From Dehalococcoidia bacterium (GTDB lineage: Bacteria > Chloroflexota > Dehalococcoidia > Lucifugimonadales > JAGWBF01), in NCBI GenBank assembly GCA_034423015.1, contig DAOUJG010000063.1, positions 112,865 to 176,864 on the forward strand: a stretch of DNA of 64,000 nucleotides, in the 5' to 3' direction. The notes under the pieces are model-generated. The model was not told the DNA's origin. It saw only the letters and a list, made by a program, of their open reading frames with translations, and did no database searches. Shown one piece after another: positions 16,938-25,731 of the stretch. Every line of letters starts with the position of its first letter. Positions within the stretch are counted from its first letter, which is position 1. Both the position numbers and the translations under genes were made by a program.

Positions 16938-18143
16938 ATGAGCCCCAAGCGCATAGCCGAGCCCGACCACTTTCCCTGGCTGGACTACCGGCGTTACACC
17001 TTCTCCCTGGGGGTCGAGAAGGCCGGGGTCGTCTTCCTCTCTGGGGAAACGGCCAGCGAGTATGACGCGGCCAGCGACCGGGTGGTATGCCACGGAAACG
17101 TGGTGGATCAAATGCGCCTGGCCTACGAGAAGCTGAGGCTGTCGCTGGAGTCCCTGGGGGGCGGGTTCGACGACGTGGTCAAGACCGTCGACTATGTGGC
17201 GCCGGCCGGCCTCGCCGACTACCGGGGCACGGCCGACGTGCGCCGGGAGCACTTCAAGGGCCGCTGGCCCGCCTCCACGGGCATCATCGTGGAGCGCCTG
17301 CTGCGGTCAGACGCCCTGATCGAGGTGGACGCCGTGGCCGTCCTGGGCCACGAAAAGGAGCCCGTGGACCCCGGCTGGCCCCGTTACCAACGGCTGACCT
17401 ACGCTCCCGGCGTCAAAGCCGGAGACCTGCTCTGCGTCTCCGGGTTCACCGGGGCCATCGAGGACGCCGACGGGCAGCGCAGGTACCCGGGCTCCCCCGC
17501 CGAGCAGACCGCCGCCGCCCACGACTCCATCGGCCAGGTGCTGCACGCGGCGGGAGCGGGACCCGGGGACGTGGGGAAGTCCCTGGACTACATCACCCCC
17601 GCCTGCCTGGAGGGATACGCCGACACCGGGGAGGCCAGACACCAGTTCCCCAAGGACCGGCTGCCGGCCTCGACGGGCGTGGGCGTCAACCGCCTGCTCC
17701 ACCCCGAGGCGCTAATCGAGGTCGAGGCCACGGCCGTGCTCGGAGCGCCCCGTCAGGAGATCGAGGTGCCCGGCTGGCTTGCCCCGGACGGGCCGCCGGC
17801 CCCAGCCGCCGTCCGCCAGGGGCGGTTCCTGTTCATCTCGGGGCAGACGGCGGTGGACCACAGGACGGGGGACGTCGTCGGGGAGGGGGACGTCCTGGCC
17901 CAGACCACCCAGGCATACAGCAACCTGAAAGCCGTGCTGGAGGCCGCGGGCGGGTCCATGGCGGACGTGGTGAAGACCACGGAGCTCATCACTCCACCGG
18001 GCCTGAGGGGGTACCGGGGCGTGGGAGACATACGGCGGAGGTTCTTCGGCGATGAGTTCCCCGCGGCCACCGGCGTGGTGGTCAGCTCCCTGCTGCGGCC
18101 CGAGCTGCTCATCCAGGTGGACGCCACGGCCATTCTCGACTAG
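16938..18143 (+). CDS. Triple-domain Rid (YjgF/YER057c/UK114) family protein
   Basis: Three copies of (F/C)xSG...DVxK...PA(S/A)T...V..LL....LIEV.A; start ATG 16938. Confidence 0.85.
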   Translation: MSPKRIAEPDHFPWLDYRRYTFSLGVEKAGVVFLSGETASEYDAASDRVVCHGNVVDQMRLAYEKLRLSLESLGGGFDDVVKTVDYVAPAGLADYRGTADVRREHFKGRWPASTGIIVERLLRSDALIEVDAVAVLGHEKEPVDPGWPRYQRLTYAPGVKAGDLLCVSGFTGAIEDADGQRRYPGSPAEQTAAAHDSIGQVLHAAGAGPGDVGKSLDYITPACLEGYADTGEARHQFPKDRLPASTGVGVNRLLHPEALIEVEATAVLGAPRQEIEVPGWLAPDGPPAPAAVRQGRFLFISGQTAVDHRTGDVVGEGDVLAQTTQAYSNLKAVLEAAGGSMADVVKTTELITPPGLRGYRGVGDIRRRFFGDEFPAATGVVVSSLLRPELLIQVDATAILD

Positions 18144-18178
18144 GGAGCCAGCATGACGACGCCCGGAGGACCAGGCCT

Positions 18179-19177
18179 ATGAACACCGGGGCGGCACTGA
18201 CCCCCGACATCAAGGCCCTGATAGGACGGGAGTGGGTCTACCACGCGCCCGAGGAGATCGGGGCGGCCTCCATCCGCAAGTTCGCCCTTTCCATCGGGGA
18301 CTCGAACCCCGTCTATTCCGACGGGGCCTACGCCTCCGGCACGTCTTACGGGGGAATTATCGCGCCGCCCACCTTCGTGTGCGAGACGATGCAGTACATG
18401 GTCGGCGCGCTGGACGAGGCAGGGGGCCCCGCCGCGCGAGTCCAGCTTCCCCTGGGCCTGGAGATCCGCGGCTCCAACGACTACCACTTTCACCAGGCCC
18501 TGCGCCCCGACGACCTGCTCACCGTCCGTTGGAGGGTGGCCGACATCCGGGAGCGGGACGGCAGCACGGGGAAGCTGCTCATCGTCACCTCGGAGATCAG
18601 CTACTGGAACCAGCACGGGGCGCTGCTGGCCACCAACACCGAGACGAACCTGTTCCGCGTGTCGGATGCCCCGTTGCGGGCCGGCCCGGCAGCCCCGCCG
18701 GAGGCCTCCTCCACAGGGGAGGGTCCAGGAAGCTCGACGCCTCCCCGCCGCCTGGACCGGCCCCTCTCGTTCAGGGACGTAGGAGACGGAGACCCGCTGG
18801 CGGAGCTGGAAAAGCGGGTCAGCCTGCCTATGATGGTCTTTTACGCCGCGGCCACGTGGGACTTCCACCGGTACCACTACGACCTGGAATACGTGCGGCA
18901 GAAGGGGTTCGACCGCCCCTTCGTGGACGGCCAGATGCTGGGGGCCTTCCTGGGCCAGATGCTGTCCGACTGGACGGGTGACCCGGGGACCATACGCCGG
19001 CTGGGCTTCCGCTTCAGGGAGTTCGCCTTCCCCGGGGATACCCTCACCTGCAGGGGACGGGTGACCGGGACCGAGGCTGGTGAACGGGGAGGCTCGGTGA
19101 CCTGCGAGCTGTCCATCGTGCGGCAGGACGGCGCGCTGGTGCTGGGGCCGGGGCACGCGGTATTGGCGCTGCCCTGA
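18179..19177 (+). CDS. Double hotdog-fold MaoC-like dehydratase
   Basis: IRKFA.SIGDSNPVY...IIAPPTF N-domain; WDFHRYHYD...PFVDGQM C-domain. Confidence 0.85.
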   Translation: MNTGAALTPDIKALIGREWVYHAPEEIGAASIRKFALSIGDSNPVYSDGAYASGTSYGGIIAPPTFVCETMQYMVGALDEAGGPAARVQLPLGLEIRGSNDYHFHQALRPDDLLTVRWRVADIRERDGSTGKLLIVTSEISYWNQHGALLATNTETNLFRVSDAPLRAGPAAPPEASSTGEGPGSSTPPRRLDRPLSFRDVGDGDPLAELEKRVSLPMMVFYAAATWDFHRYHYDLEYVRQKGFDRPFVDGQMLGAFLGQMLSDWTGDPGTIRRLGFRFREFAFPGDTLTCRGRVTGTEAGERGGSVTCELSIVRQDGALVLGPGHAVLALP

Positions 19178-19208
19178 GGCGGCGCCTTTTTCTATGCGGC
19201 GCTTTTTT

Positions 19209-20960
19209 CTATAACAAGGGGCCGCCGCGCCGCGACCGCCTGAGCAGGTCCGTGGCTTCCACGTCCACCGCCAGCCCGTCGACGACCACCGCATAGTCCC
19301 GCCGGGCGCCCTCCACCGTCACCTTTTCGTTCAGCACGTCGTCGAGCACCAGGGCCGGGTCCCGCTCCAGGGGGTCTCCGAAGCCTCCGCCGCCGCCGGA
19401 GACGATGGTGACCACGTCCGAGGCGTCCACGGGGATGAACGCCCCCTCCCTGGGCAGCTCCTGGGACTCGGACCCGTCGAGGTTGCGCACGATGCGCGTG
19501 AGCGTGCCGTCGCTGGCCCCCAGAAGGCCGGGCCCGGGGACCTTGTGCCGGTTGGAGTGGGTCCCCACGTAGGTGTCCACCAGCATCCGGTAGTCCTTCC
19601 GAATCCCCACACCGCCCCTGAACCGCCCGGCCCCCGCCGAGTCGGGTATGTACTCCAGGCGGTCGGCCATCATGGGGAACTCCAGCTCCATGGCCTCTAT
19701 GGGCAGGTTGGACGCAGTGTGCACACCCTCTATGCCGTCCTTGACGGGCCTGGCCCCACCGCCGCCGGCCAGCGTCTCGTAGTAGATGAAGGTGGGCGGC
19801 CCCTGGCTGCTGAAGCCCATTCCGTGAACGCCGTGACTGCCGGCCTCCAGGTTGGAGTCGGTGGCCGCCCTGTCGCTGGAACCGCCGAGGGCGGCGAAGA
19901 GCAGGTCCGGAAGCTGGGAGCACACCTCGAACCGCGCCCCCACCGGGGAGGGGGGCCTCGGATTGAGGATGGACCCCTCGGGGATGATCATCTCGATGGG
20001 CCTCCAGAACCCGTCGTTGCCCAGGGCGCTGGGGTCCAGCAGGGAGCGCAGCACCCAATAGGCGCAGGCGGCCGTCCCCGAGTAGGGGTTGTTGAGGCCC
20101 CACCTGGTGGGCCCGCCGGTGCCGGTGTAGTCCAGGGTGATGGTGGGCTGGGGTTCGTGCTTTACCGTGACCTTCACCCTCATGGGAATGGGCTCGTCGC
20201 TGTCCAGGTCGTCATCCAGGTAGTCCACGGCCTCGTAGACGCCCTCCCGCAACCGCCGGATACCCTCGCGCACCTTGGTCTCGGAGACCCGGAGCAGCTC
20301 GTCCATGCCCGAGCGCAGCACGTCGATGCCGTACCGCCGGGCCAGCTCCTGCATCCGGCGAACGCCCACCTGGACCGAGCCCACCTGGGCACGAATGTCC
20401 CCATCCCGGCCGTCGGGGTCCCGCACGTTGAGCAGGACCACCTCCAGCACCTCCCGTTGGAGCTCTCCGGCCCTGTACATGCGGATGGGCGGGTACCGGA
20501 TGGCCTCCTGGTATATCTCGGTGGCGTCGCCCAAGGCGCACTGGCCCGGAGCCTTGCCTCCCACGTCGGGCCAGTGGCCGGTGTTTCCCACGAAGCCCAA
20601 GAGCTCGCCGCCGTGGAACACGGGACCCACGAAGGTCACGTCGGCCAGGTGCGATGGGCCGCCGCTGTAGGGGTCGTTGACCATGAACACGTCGCCTTCC
20701 CGGATGGACTCCCTGGGGAACCGCTCCAGGATGGCGGACCCGGTGAACATGAAGGAGCTCATGTGTACGGGCTGGCTGATGTCCCCGATGCAGACGATGC
20801 GACCGTCGGCGTCCAGTATGACGCTGGAGCAGTCCTGCCGCTCCTTGATGTTGGTGGAGTACGCGGACTTTATCAGCGCCGCCAGGATCTCGTCGGCGAT
20901 GGATACCAGGGCGTTGCCCAGGACCTCGGTGGTCACGGGGTTCAGTCTAGCGCCGGCCAT
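19209..20960 (-). CDS. Hydantoinase B/5-oxoprolinase beta-subunit family protein
   Basis: AYSTNIKERQDCS, NDPYSGGPSHLAD, HWPDVGG, GGGGFGDPLER; start ATG 20960. Confidence 0.92.
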   Translation of the reverse strand: MAGARLNPVTTEVLGNALVSIADEILAALIKSAYSTNIKERQDCSSVILDADGRIVCIGDISQPVHMSSFMFTGSAILERFPRESIREGDVFMVNDPYSGGPSHLADVTFVGPVFHGGELLGFVGNTGHWPDVGGKAPGQCALGDATEIYQEAIRYPPIRMYRAGELQREVLEVVLLNVRDPDGRDGDIRAQVGSVQVGVRRMQELARRYGIDVLRSGMDELLRVSETKVREGIRRLREGVYEAVDYLDDDLDSDEPIPMRVKVTVKHEPQPTITLDYTGTGGPTRWGLNNPYSGTAACAYWVLRSLLDPSALGNDGFWRPIEMIIPEGSILNPRPPSPVGARFEVCSQLPDLLFAALGGSSDRAATDSNLEAGSHGVHGMGFSSQGPPTFIYYETLAGGGGARPVKDGIEGVHTASNLPIEAMELEFPMMADRLEYIPDSAGAGRFRGGVGIRKDYRMLVDTYVGTHSNRHKVPGPGLLGASDGTLTRIVRNLDGSESQELPREGAFIPVDASDVVTIVSGGGGGFGDPLERDPALVLDDVLNEKVTVEGARRDYAVVVDGLAVDVEATDLLRRSRRGGPLL

Positions 20961-21027
20961 CGGCACCTCCTTTAGTGGGTCGGGCGTGGGTCCGGCAGCG
21001 TAGCCGGCGGCAGGGACCGGGCCGCGC

Positions 21028-22482
21028 CTACGGGCGGCTGATCTCGTGCCCGCCCCGGGCGTAGGAGGCGGTGTTGGGGTCGCCCGCCAGGAACTCGCCG
21101 CGGCCCTTGGTGCCCACGACCTCGTCGTTCTCAATGACCACGTGGCCCCGGGACATGGTCAGGTCGGGCATGCCCAGCAGCTTGAAGCCGTCGAAGGCCG
21201 AGTGGTCGGTGTTGCCGTGCTGGCCGTCCACCACGTGCACCCTGGCCGGGTCCCAGATCACCAGGTCGGCGTCGGACCCCGGGTTGAGGCAGCCCTTCTT
21301 GGGATAGAGACCGAAGAGCTTGGCGGGGTTCTCGCAGAACACCTGCACCAACCTGGGCAGCGTGATGCGGCCCCTGTTCACCCCGTAGCTCCAGACCACG
21401 GGCACCATGAACTCGATGGTGTTCAGGCCGTAGCGGCCCTCGAAGATGTTCTCCCCCGTGGCCCCCGCGGGCGTGTCCTTCAGGGTGGCGTCCATGCCGC
21501 CGGTCAGCTTCTGGCGCTTGTTGGTGCCGCCGGAATCGCTGGCGATGGTGTCGATGGTGCCGTCGGCCAGGGCGGCCCACAGGGCCTCGCAGTCATCCGC
21601 CTCACGCAGGGGCGGGCCTACCTTGCCTATGGGCCCCTTGGTCAGCACCTCGTCGTTGGTCAGGGTCAGGTAGTGGGGGCAGGTCTCGGCGAACATTTTG
21701 AGGCCCTCACCCTTGTACCGGCGCACCACGGCCATGGCCTCTTTGGTGCTGAGGTGCACCGGGTAGAGGGGGCAGTCCAGCACCTGGGAGAACACGGCCG
21801 ACCGGTTCACTCCCTCGGCCTCCAGTATGTTGGGCTGGGAGCGGAGGAAGTAGGGGGGCGAGGTGTTCCCCTCGGCGGTGTACTGGTCTATCAGGAAGTC
21901 GATGCATGGCCCGTTCTCGGCGTGGACCATGGCCATGCCCCCGTCCTTGGAGGCCAGGTCCATGATGCGGATCATGTTGTCCTCGGGGATCTCCATGCCC
22001 CGGCGCCGGTAGGCCAGGAACATCTTGAAGGAGATGACGCCCATGCGGATGATCTCCCCCACGGACTTGTTGAAGCTCTCCCCGTCCGCCGGCGTGTAGG
22101 TGCCGTGGATGGCGTAGTCCAGGTAGGAGAGCTTCTCGGCCTCGTCGATGAACTGCTTGATGACGTCCGACGTGTAGCCTTCGAACCCCCAGGACCTGAC
22201 GTTGCCCACGAAGGCGATGACGGTGGTTATGCCCCCGTAGGCGGCGGTGATGGAGTAGTCGTCCATCTTGTCGTTGTACACCGGATGGCAATGGGAGTCG
22301 ATGGCCCCGGGGAGCACGTACTTGCCGGTGGCGTCGATTACCCTGCCGGCCTCCCGCGACGGGTCGTCGGTGAGCTCCACGACCTTGCCTTCGCTGATGA
22401 CCACGTCCCGGCGGGTGATGTCCTGGCCGGTGACCAGCATCCCTCCCCTGACTATCACGTCGGCCCTGGTACTGGTTGTCAT
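21028..22482 (-). CDS. Dihydropyrimidinase/hydantoinase-like cyclic amidohydrolase
   Basis: PGAIDSHCH, FKMF (carbamylated Lys), VHAENG, VHLS, ETCPHYL, ASD, NPAKLFG. Confidence 0.9.
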   Translation of the reverse strand: MTTSTRADVIVRGGMLVTGQDITRRDVVISEGKVVELTDDPSREAGRVIDATGKYVLPGAIDSHCHPVYNDKMDDYSITAAYGGITTVIAFVGNVRSWGFEGYTSDVIKQFIDEAEKLSYLDYAIHGTYTPADGESFNKSVGEIIRMGVISFKMFLAYRRRGMEIPEDNMIRIMDLASKDGGMAMVHAENGPCIDFLIDQYTAEGNTSPPYFLRSQPNILEAEGVNRSAVFSQVLDCPLYPVHLSTKEAMAVVRRYKGEGLKMFAETCPHYLTLTNDEVLTKGPIGKVGPPLREADDCEALWAALADGTIDTIASDSGGTNKRQKLTGGMDATLKDTPAGATGENIFEGRYGLNTIEFMVPVVWSYGVNRGRITLPRLVQVFCENPAKLFGLYPKKGCLNPGSDADLVIWDPARVHVVDGQHGNTDHSAFDGFKLLGMPDLTMSRGHVVIENDEVVGTKGRGEFLAGDPNTASYARGGHEISRP

Positions 22483-22504
22483 GGCATATTCTCGCTTTCA
22501 GGCA

Positions 22505-22568
22505 GTTTTGTTGGGCAGCCGTTTTGCTGGACAGCCGGTTCGCTGAACAGCCGGGGCGCTGGACAGAA
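22505..22568 (-). repeat. 4 x 16-bp tandem repeat in the leader of the amidohydrolase gene
   Basis: gttttgttgggcagcc / gttttgctggacagcc / ggttcgctgaacagcc / ggggcgctggacagaa, beside an extended -10 (TGcTACATT, minus strand). Confidence 0.8.
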
Positions 22569-22604
22569 TGTAGCACGTGAGGCGGGCTGGTTCAAGGGGA
22601 CGGG

Positions 22605-23906
22605 CTAGTCAGCCACCGCCACCTGCCCGCCTATTGTCGGCCGCGGCTCCCGCATGTAGTAGACCAGCGCCGCGGAGATGGTGAGCAGGACAAGGTTCGA
22701 CCATATGGCGATGTCGTAGGTCCCCCGCCAGTCGTAGAGGACCCCGCCGAGGTAGGCGCCCAGACCGGAGCCCAGGGGCATGACGCCGAACATGGTGCCG
22801 TATATGGTGGCCAGGTTGGACACGCCGAACCTATCCGAAGCGTAGGCCGCGGTGATCCCGATGACGGCGTTCCACGACGAGCCCACCAGCATGATGCCGA
22901 TGAGGAGCGCGGCCAGCCCCAGGGACGGGATTCCCATGAAGGAGATGCCCATGGACAGGAGGACTATTACGAACCCAAGGGCCCGGAGCTCGTAGGAGAA
23001 GGCGAGAAGGAACTTGCGGCTCCTGGAGCGGTCGGACAGGTGTCCCAGTATGAGGGTCCCGACTATGGCCCAGAGTCCGATGAGGCTGAAGCCGGCCGCT
23101 CCCACCATGGGATGGTAGCCGAGGTCCTGGGCGTAGGAGACGAAGTGAGCATTCACGAAGCTCATGGAGTACCCTCAGACGAAGTAGCCGAAGGTCAGCC
23201 TCCAGAAGAACCCCGTGCGCAGCGCCTCGCCGAAGGTGGCGTCAGGCCCAGCTTCCACCGCAGGGTTGGCGGGCTCGGAGGACGGGGAAGGCTCCGCCCG
23301 GCGGGGCGCAAGCCCCACGTCGCTGGGACGGTTCTTGACGAACAGCAGCCCCACCGGCAGGACCACGGCCAGCAGGAGCACCCCCAGGAAGAGGTACGCC
23401 TCCCTCCAGTCGAAAAGCACGACGAAGCTGGAAGCGGCGGGCACCAGTACGATGGCGCCGATGGAGCCGCCGCCGGTGATGAGACCCAAAGTAAGGCCCC
23501 GGTTGGTATGGAACCAGGCGCTTACTATCTTGGTGAGAGTCGATCCTGTCCCCAGGGTGAGGCCGACGCTCATCACGGCGAAGATGACGTACAGTTGGGC
23601 CAGGTTGCTTGTGAGGGGCAGGAGCAGGAGCATGATGCCCATCAGCACCACGCCCGACAGGGCCACCACCTTTGGGCTGTACCGGTCGGCCAGGAACCCG
23701 GCCACGGGACGCAGCAGGCCCGACAACATGAAGGTGGTCCCGAAGGCCAGGGAGAGGGTCGCCCTGCTCCACTCGAACTCCTCGGTCATGGGTTTCAGGA
23801 ACACGCCGAAGGAGAACTGCGTGCCGGTCATGCCCATGGCTATCAGCGCGCCGCCGATGACGACGAACCAGCCGTAGAAGATGTTGGTGCGCCCTACAAT
23901 CCTCAT
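22605..23906 (-). CDS. MFS transporter, 433 aa, in-frame UGA at codon 244 (candidate selenocysteine)
   Basis: N-half ...FFWRLTFGYFV[TGA]GYSMSFVNAHF... continues in frame into the C-half; the two ORFs are the two 6-TM halves of one MFS; real stop is TAG. Confidence 0.85.
23146..23164 (-). promoter_or_regulatory. Candidate bacterial SECIS hairpin (MFS gene)
   Basis: UGAGCUU-CGUG-AA(U)GCUCA at +11 to +29 after the UGA; GU in the apical loop. Confidence 0.55.
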
Positions 23907-23980
23907 CGTTAGACTCGACGGTGCATCGGGGTAAGGGGGAAGGCCGCGTTACCGGGGCCCTCTTGTTGGCGGTTGTAGCT

Positions 23981-24340
23981 CTACGCCATGCGCCCCCGCA
24001 GCGGGGAGGTAATCAACTCCTGATTGGCGGGGTCGACTCGCAGGCTAAATGTCTCCAACGTGGTTGCTCCCAGCAGCCGCTGGTCATGGGGAGAGAACAG
24101 CACCGGGCACGGCCATTCCCGGCCGGCATAGGCGATTCTGGCCTCTCCTATAGGCCATGTTTCACTTTCCCCATTGGCGAAGTTTATCGTACGAGTGTCC
24201 TTGGGGTCTATGCTCATCTGCCTGAGCATCTCGTCCGGAAGAACCGTATGCGTGGCGCCGGTGTCCACCAGCACTTCCACTTCCCTGAGGTCTCCGCCGT
24301 CTATGTTGCCAAAGGCAATTACTACTGTGAAAGTGCCCAT
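23981..24340 (-). CDS. Clan AA (retropepsin-like) aspartic protease
   Basis: LVDTGA catalytic motif; LLGATTLE; start ATG 24340. Confidence 0.85.
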   Translation of the reverse strand: MGTFTVVIAFGNIDGGDLREVEVLVDTGATHTVLPDEMLRQMSIDPKDTRTINFANGESETWPIGEARIAYAGREWPCPVLFSPHDQRLLGATTLETFSLRVDPANQELITSPLRGRMA

Positions 24341-24435
24341 CAAGGTCCTCTTGTGGCGAACCTGAAGCCGCTGAGCGCGCCCACGCTCATGTGAGTTTCC
24401 TAACGATAGCGACAGGGCATAACCGTTGTCAACAG

Positions 24436-25326
24436 TCAGTAGACCTGGGCCTGGTCCCTCCACCGGCTGGGCTGGCCCGCCAGGGCCTGGAACCCCAGCT
24501 CGCCGCACAGCTCCCGGAAGGGCTCCCGCGGGACCCCGGTCCACCGCAGGTCCTCCAGGCGCTCCGTGATGGGAACGTCGGTGCGGAGGGTGGCCAGCAA
24601 CTTGTAGAGGGCGGCCCTCTCCCGGTGCTCCTCCAGGCTGGCGGATGCCGCCGCCGCGCCACGAACGGCCACGTCCCACTCCGCGGGGTCGGGGGGGATG
24701 TCCTCGATGTGCCCGTAGCGGGAGAGGAGGCGGGCGCTGGTCCCCGCGCCCCACCTGGGAACGCCGGGTATGCCGTCGTTGGCATCGCCCACAAGGGCCA
24801 GGTAGTCGGGGATGGACCGGGGCTCGACCCCGAACTTCTCCCTGACGCCGGCCTCATCCAGCCAGGTTCCCCTGCGCCTGTCCAGGCAGACCACCCGGTC
24901 GCTCGTGACCATCTGGGCCAGGTCCTTGTCGGGGGAGCAGATGACAACCCGCCCGGCCTCCTCCACACCGCACCAGCGAGCGGCGGCTGTGGCGATGGCG
25001 TCGTCGGCTTCGAACCCGACCATGGGCCAGACCACCATGCCCAGGGCGGATGCCGCCCGCTCCGCCAGGGGGAACTGGGACGCCAGGTCGCCTGGGACAC
25101 CCTCGCCGGTCTTGTAGCCTTCGAAGAGCCGGTTCCTGAAGGACTCGATAACGTGGTCGAAGGCGCAGGCCACGTGGGTGACGTCCTCGTCGTGCACCAG
25201 GGTGATGAGGGTCTGGAGGAGGCCGCGGACGGCCGCCACGGGCCGCCCGTCGGGGGCATACATGGGGGGCATGGCGTGGTGGGCCCGGAAGAGCTCGAAG
25301 GTGCCGTCGACCAGGTAGAGGCTCAT
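24436..25326 (-). CDS. Stand-alone 5'-3' exonuclease/flap endonuclease
   Basis: LVDG, FEADDAIAT, SPDKDL, DYLALVGD..DGIPGVP..G helix-3-turn-helix. Confidence 0.92.
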   Translation of the reverse strand: MSLYLVDGTFELFRAHHAMPPMYAPDGRPVAAVRGLLQTLITLVHDEDVTHVACAFDHVIESFRNRLFEGYKTGEGVPGDLASQFPLAERAASALGMVVWPMVGFEADDAIATAAARWCGVEEAGRVVICSPDKDLAQMVTSDRVVCLDRRRGTWLDEAGVREKFGVEPRSIPDYLALVGDANDGIPGVPRWGAGTSARLLSRYGHIEDIPPDPAEWDVAVRGAAAASASLEEHRERAALYKLLATLRTDVPITERLEDLRWTGVPREPFRELCGELGFQALAGQPSRWRDQAQVY

Positions 25327-25354
25327 GGACCCTTACGGGACCCCGGCCCGGTCC

Positions 25355-25672
25355 CTACTCCGTGGCCCGCTCGTTCAGCTCGGTCTGCATGATGAACCAG
25401 ACGGCGGGAGAGAAGACGAACCACAGTATGAATATGATCCACCTGCTTATGATGCCGTCGGTCAGGTACTCGGTGGCCTCGCCCTGCTTGTACCAGGAGT
25501 AAATGCCGACGATGGGTATCAACGTCAGGACCGTCCACAGGCCCGCGCTGCCCGGCAGGTTCTTGTACCTGATCATCTCCTTGGAGGTCACGTAGAATCA
25601 GTAGCTACCGTAGATGGTCAGCGTGATGAGGAACAGGAGCACCTGCACCCACATGTTGCGCCGCCTTATCAT
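25355..25672 (-). pseudogene. DUF4234-like membrane protein interrupted by an in-frame UGA at codon 25
   Basis: MIRRRNMWVQVLLFLITLTIYGSY[TGA]FYVTSKEM...; the family pattern here is IYxxYWFY (recalled); good RBS before ATG 25672. Confidence 0.7.
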
Positions 25673-25731
25673 GCGAGCCTCCCCCCTACACCTCAGTCAG
25701 GCCTTCCCAGTGGTCCGGGCCCTGACCGCAC

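Noticed and set aside
19179-19212. 17-bp tandem duplication gcggcgc(c/t)tttttctat between convergent genes
   Set aside because: Real, but most simply a duplicated T-tract terminator remnant; nothing suggests a further function.
22605-23906. Two separate half-MFS genes, or a frameshifted pseudogene
   Set aside because: The halves are in the same frame and separated by one TGA at a conserved-looking position; there is no frameshift and no RBS before the internal ATG.
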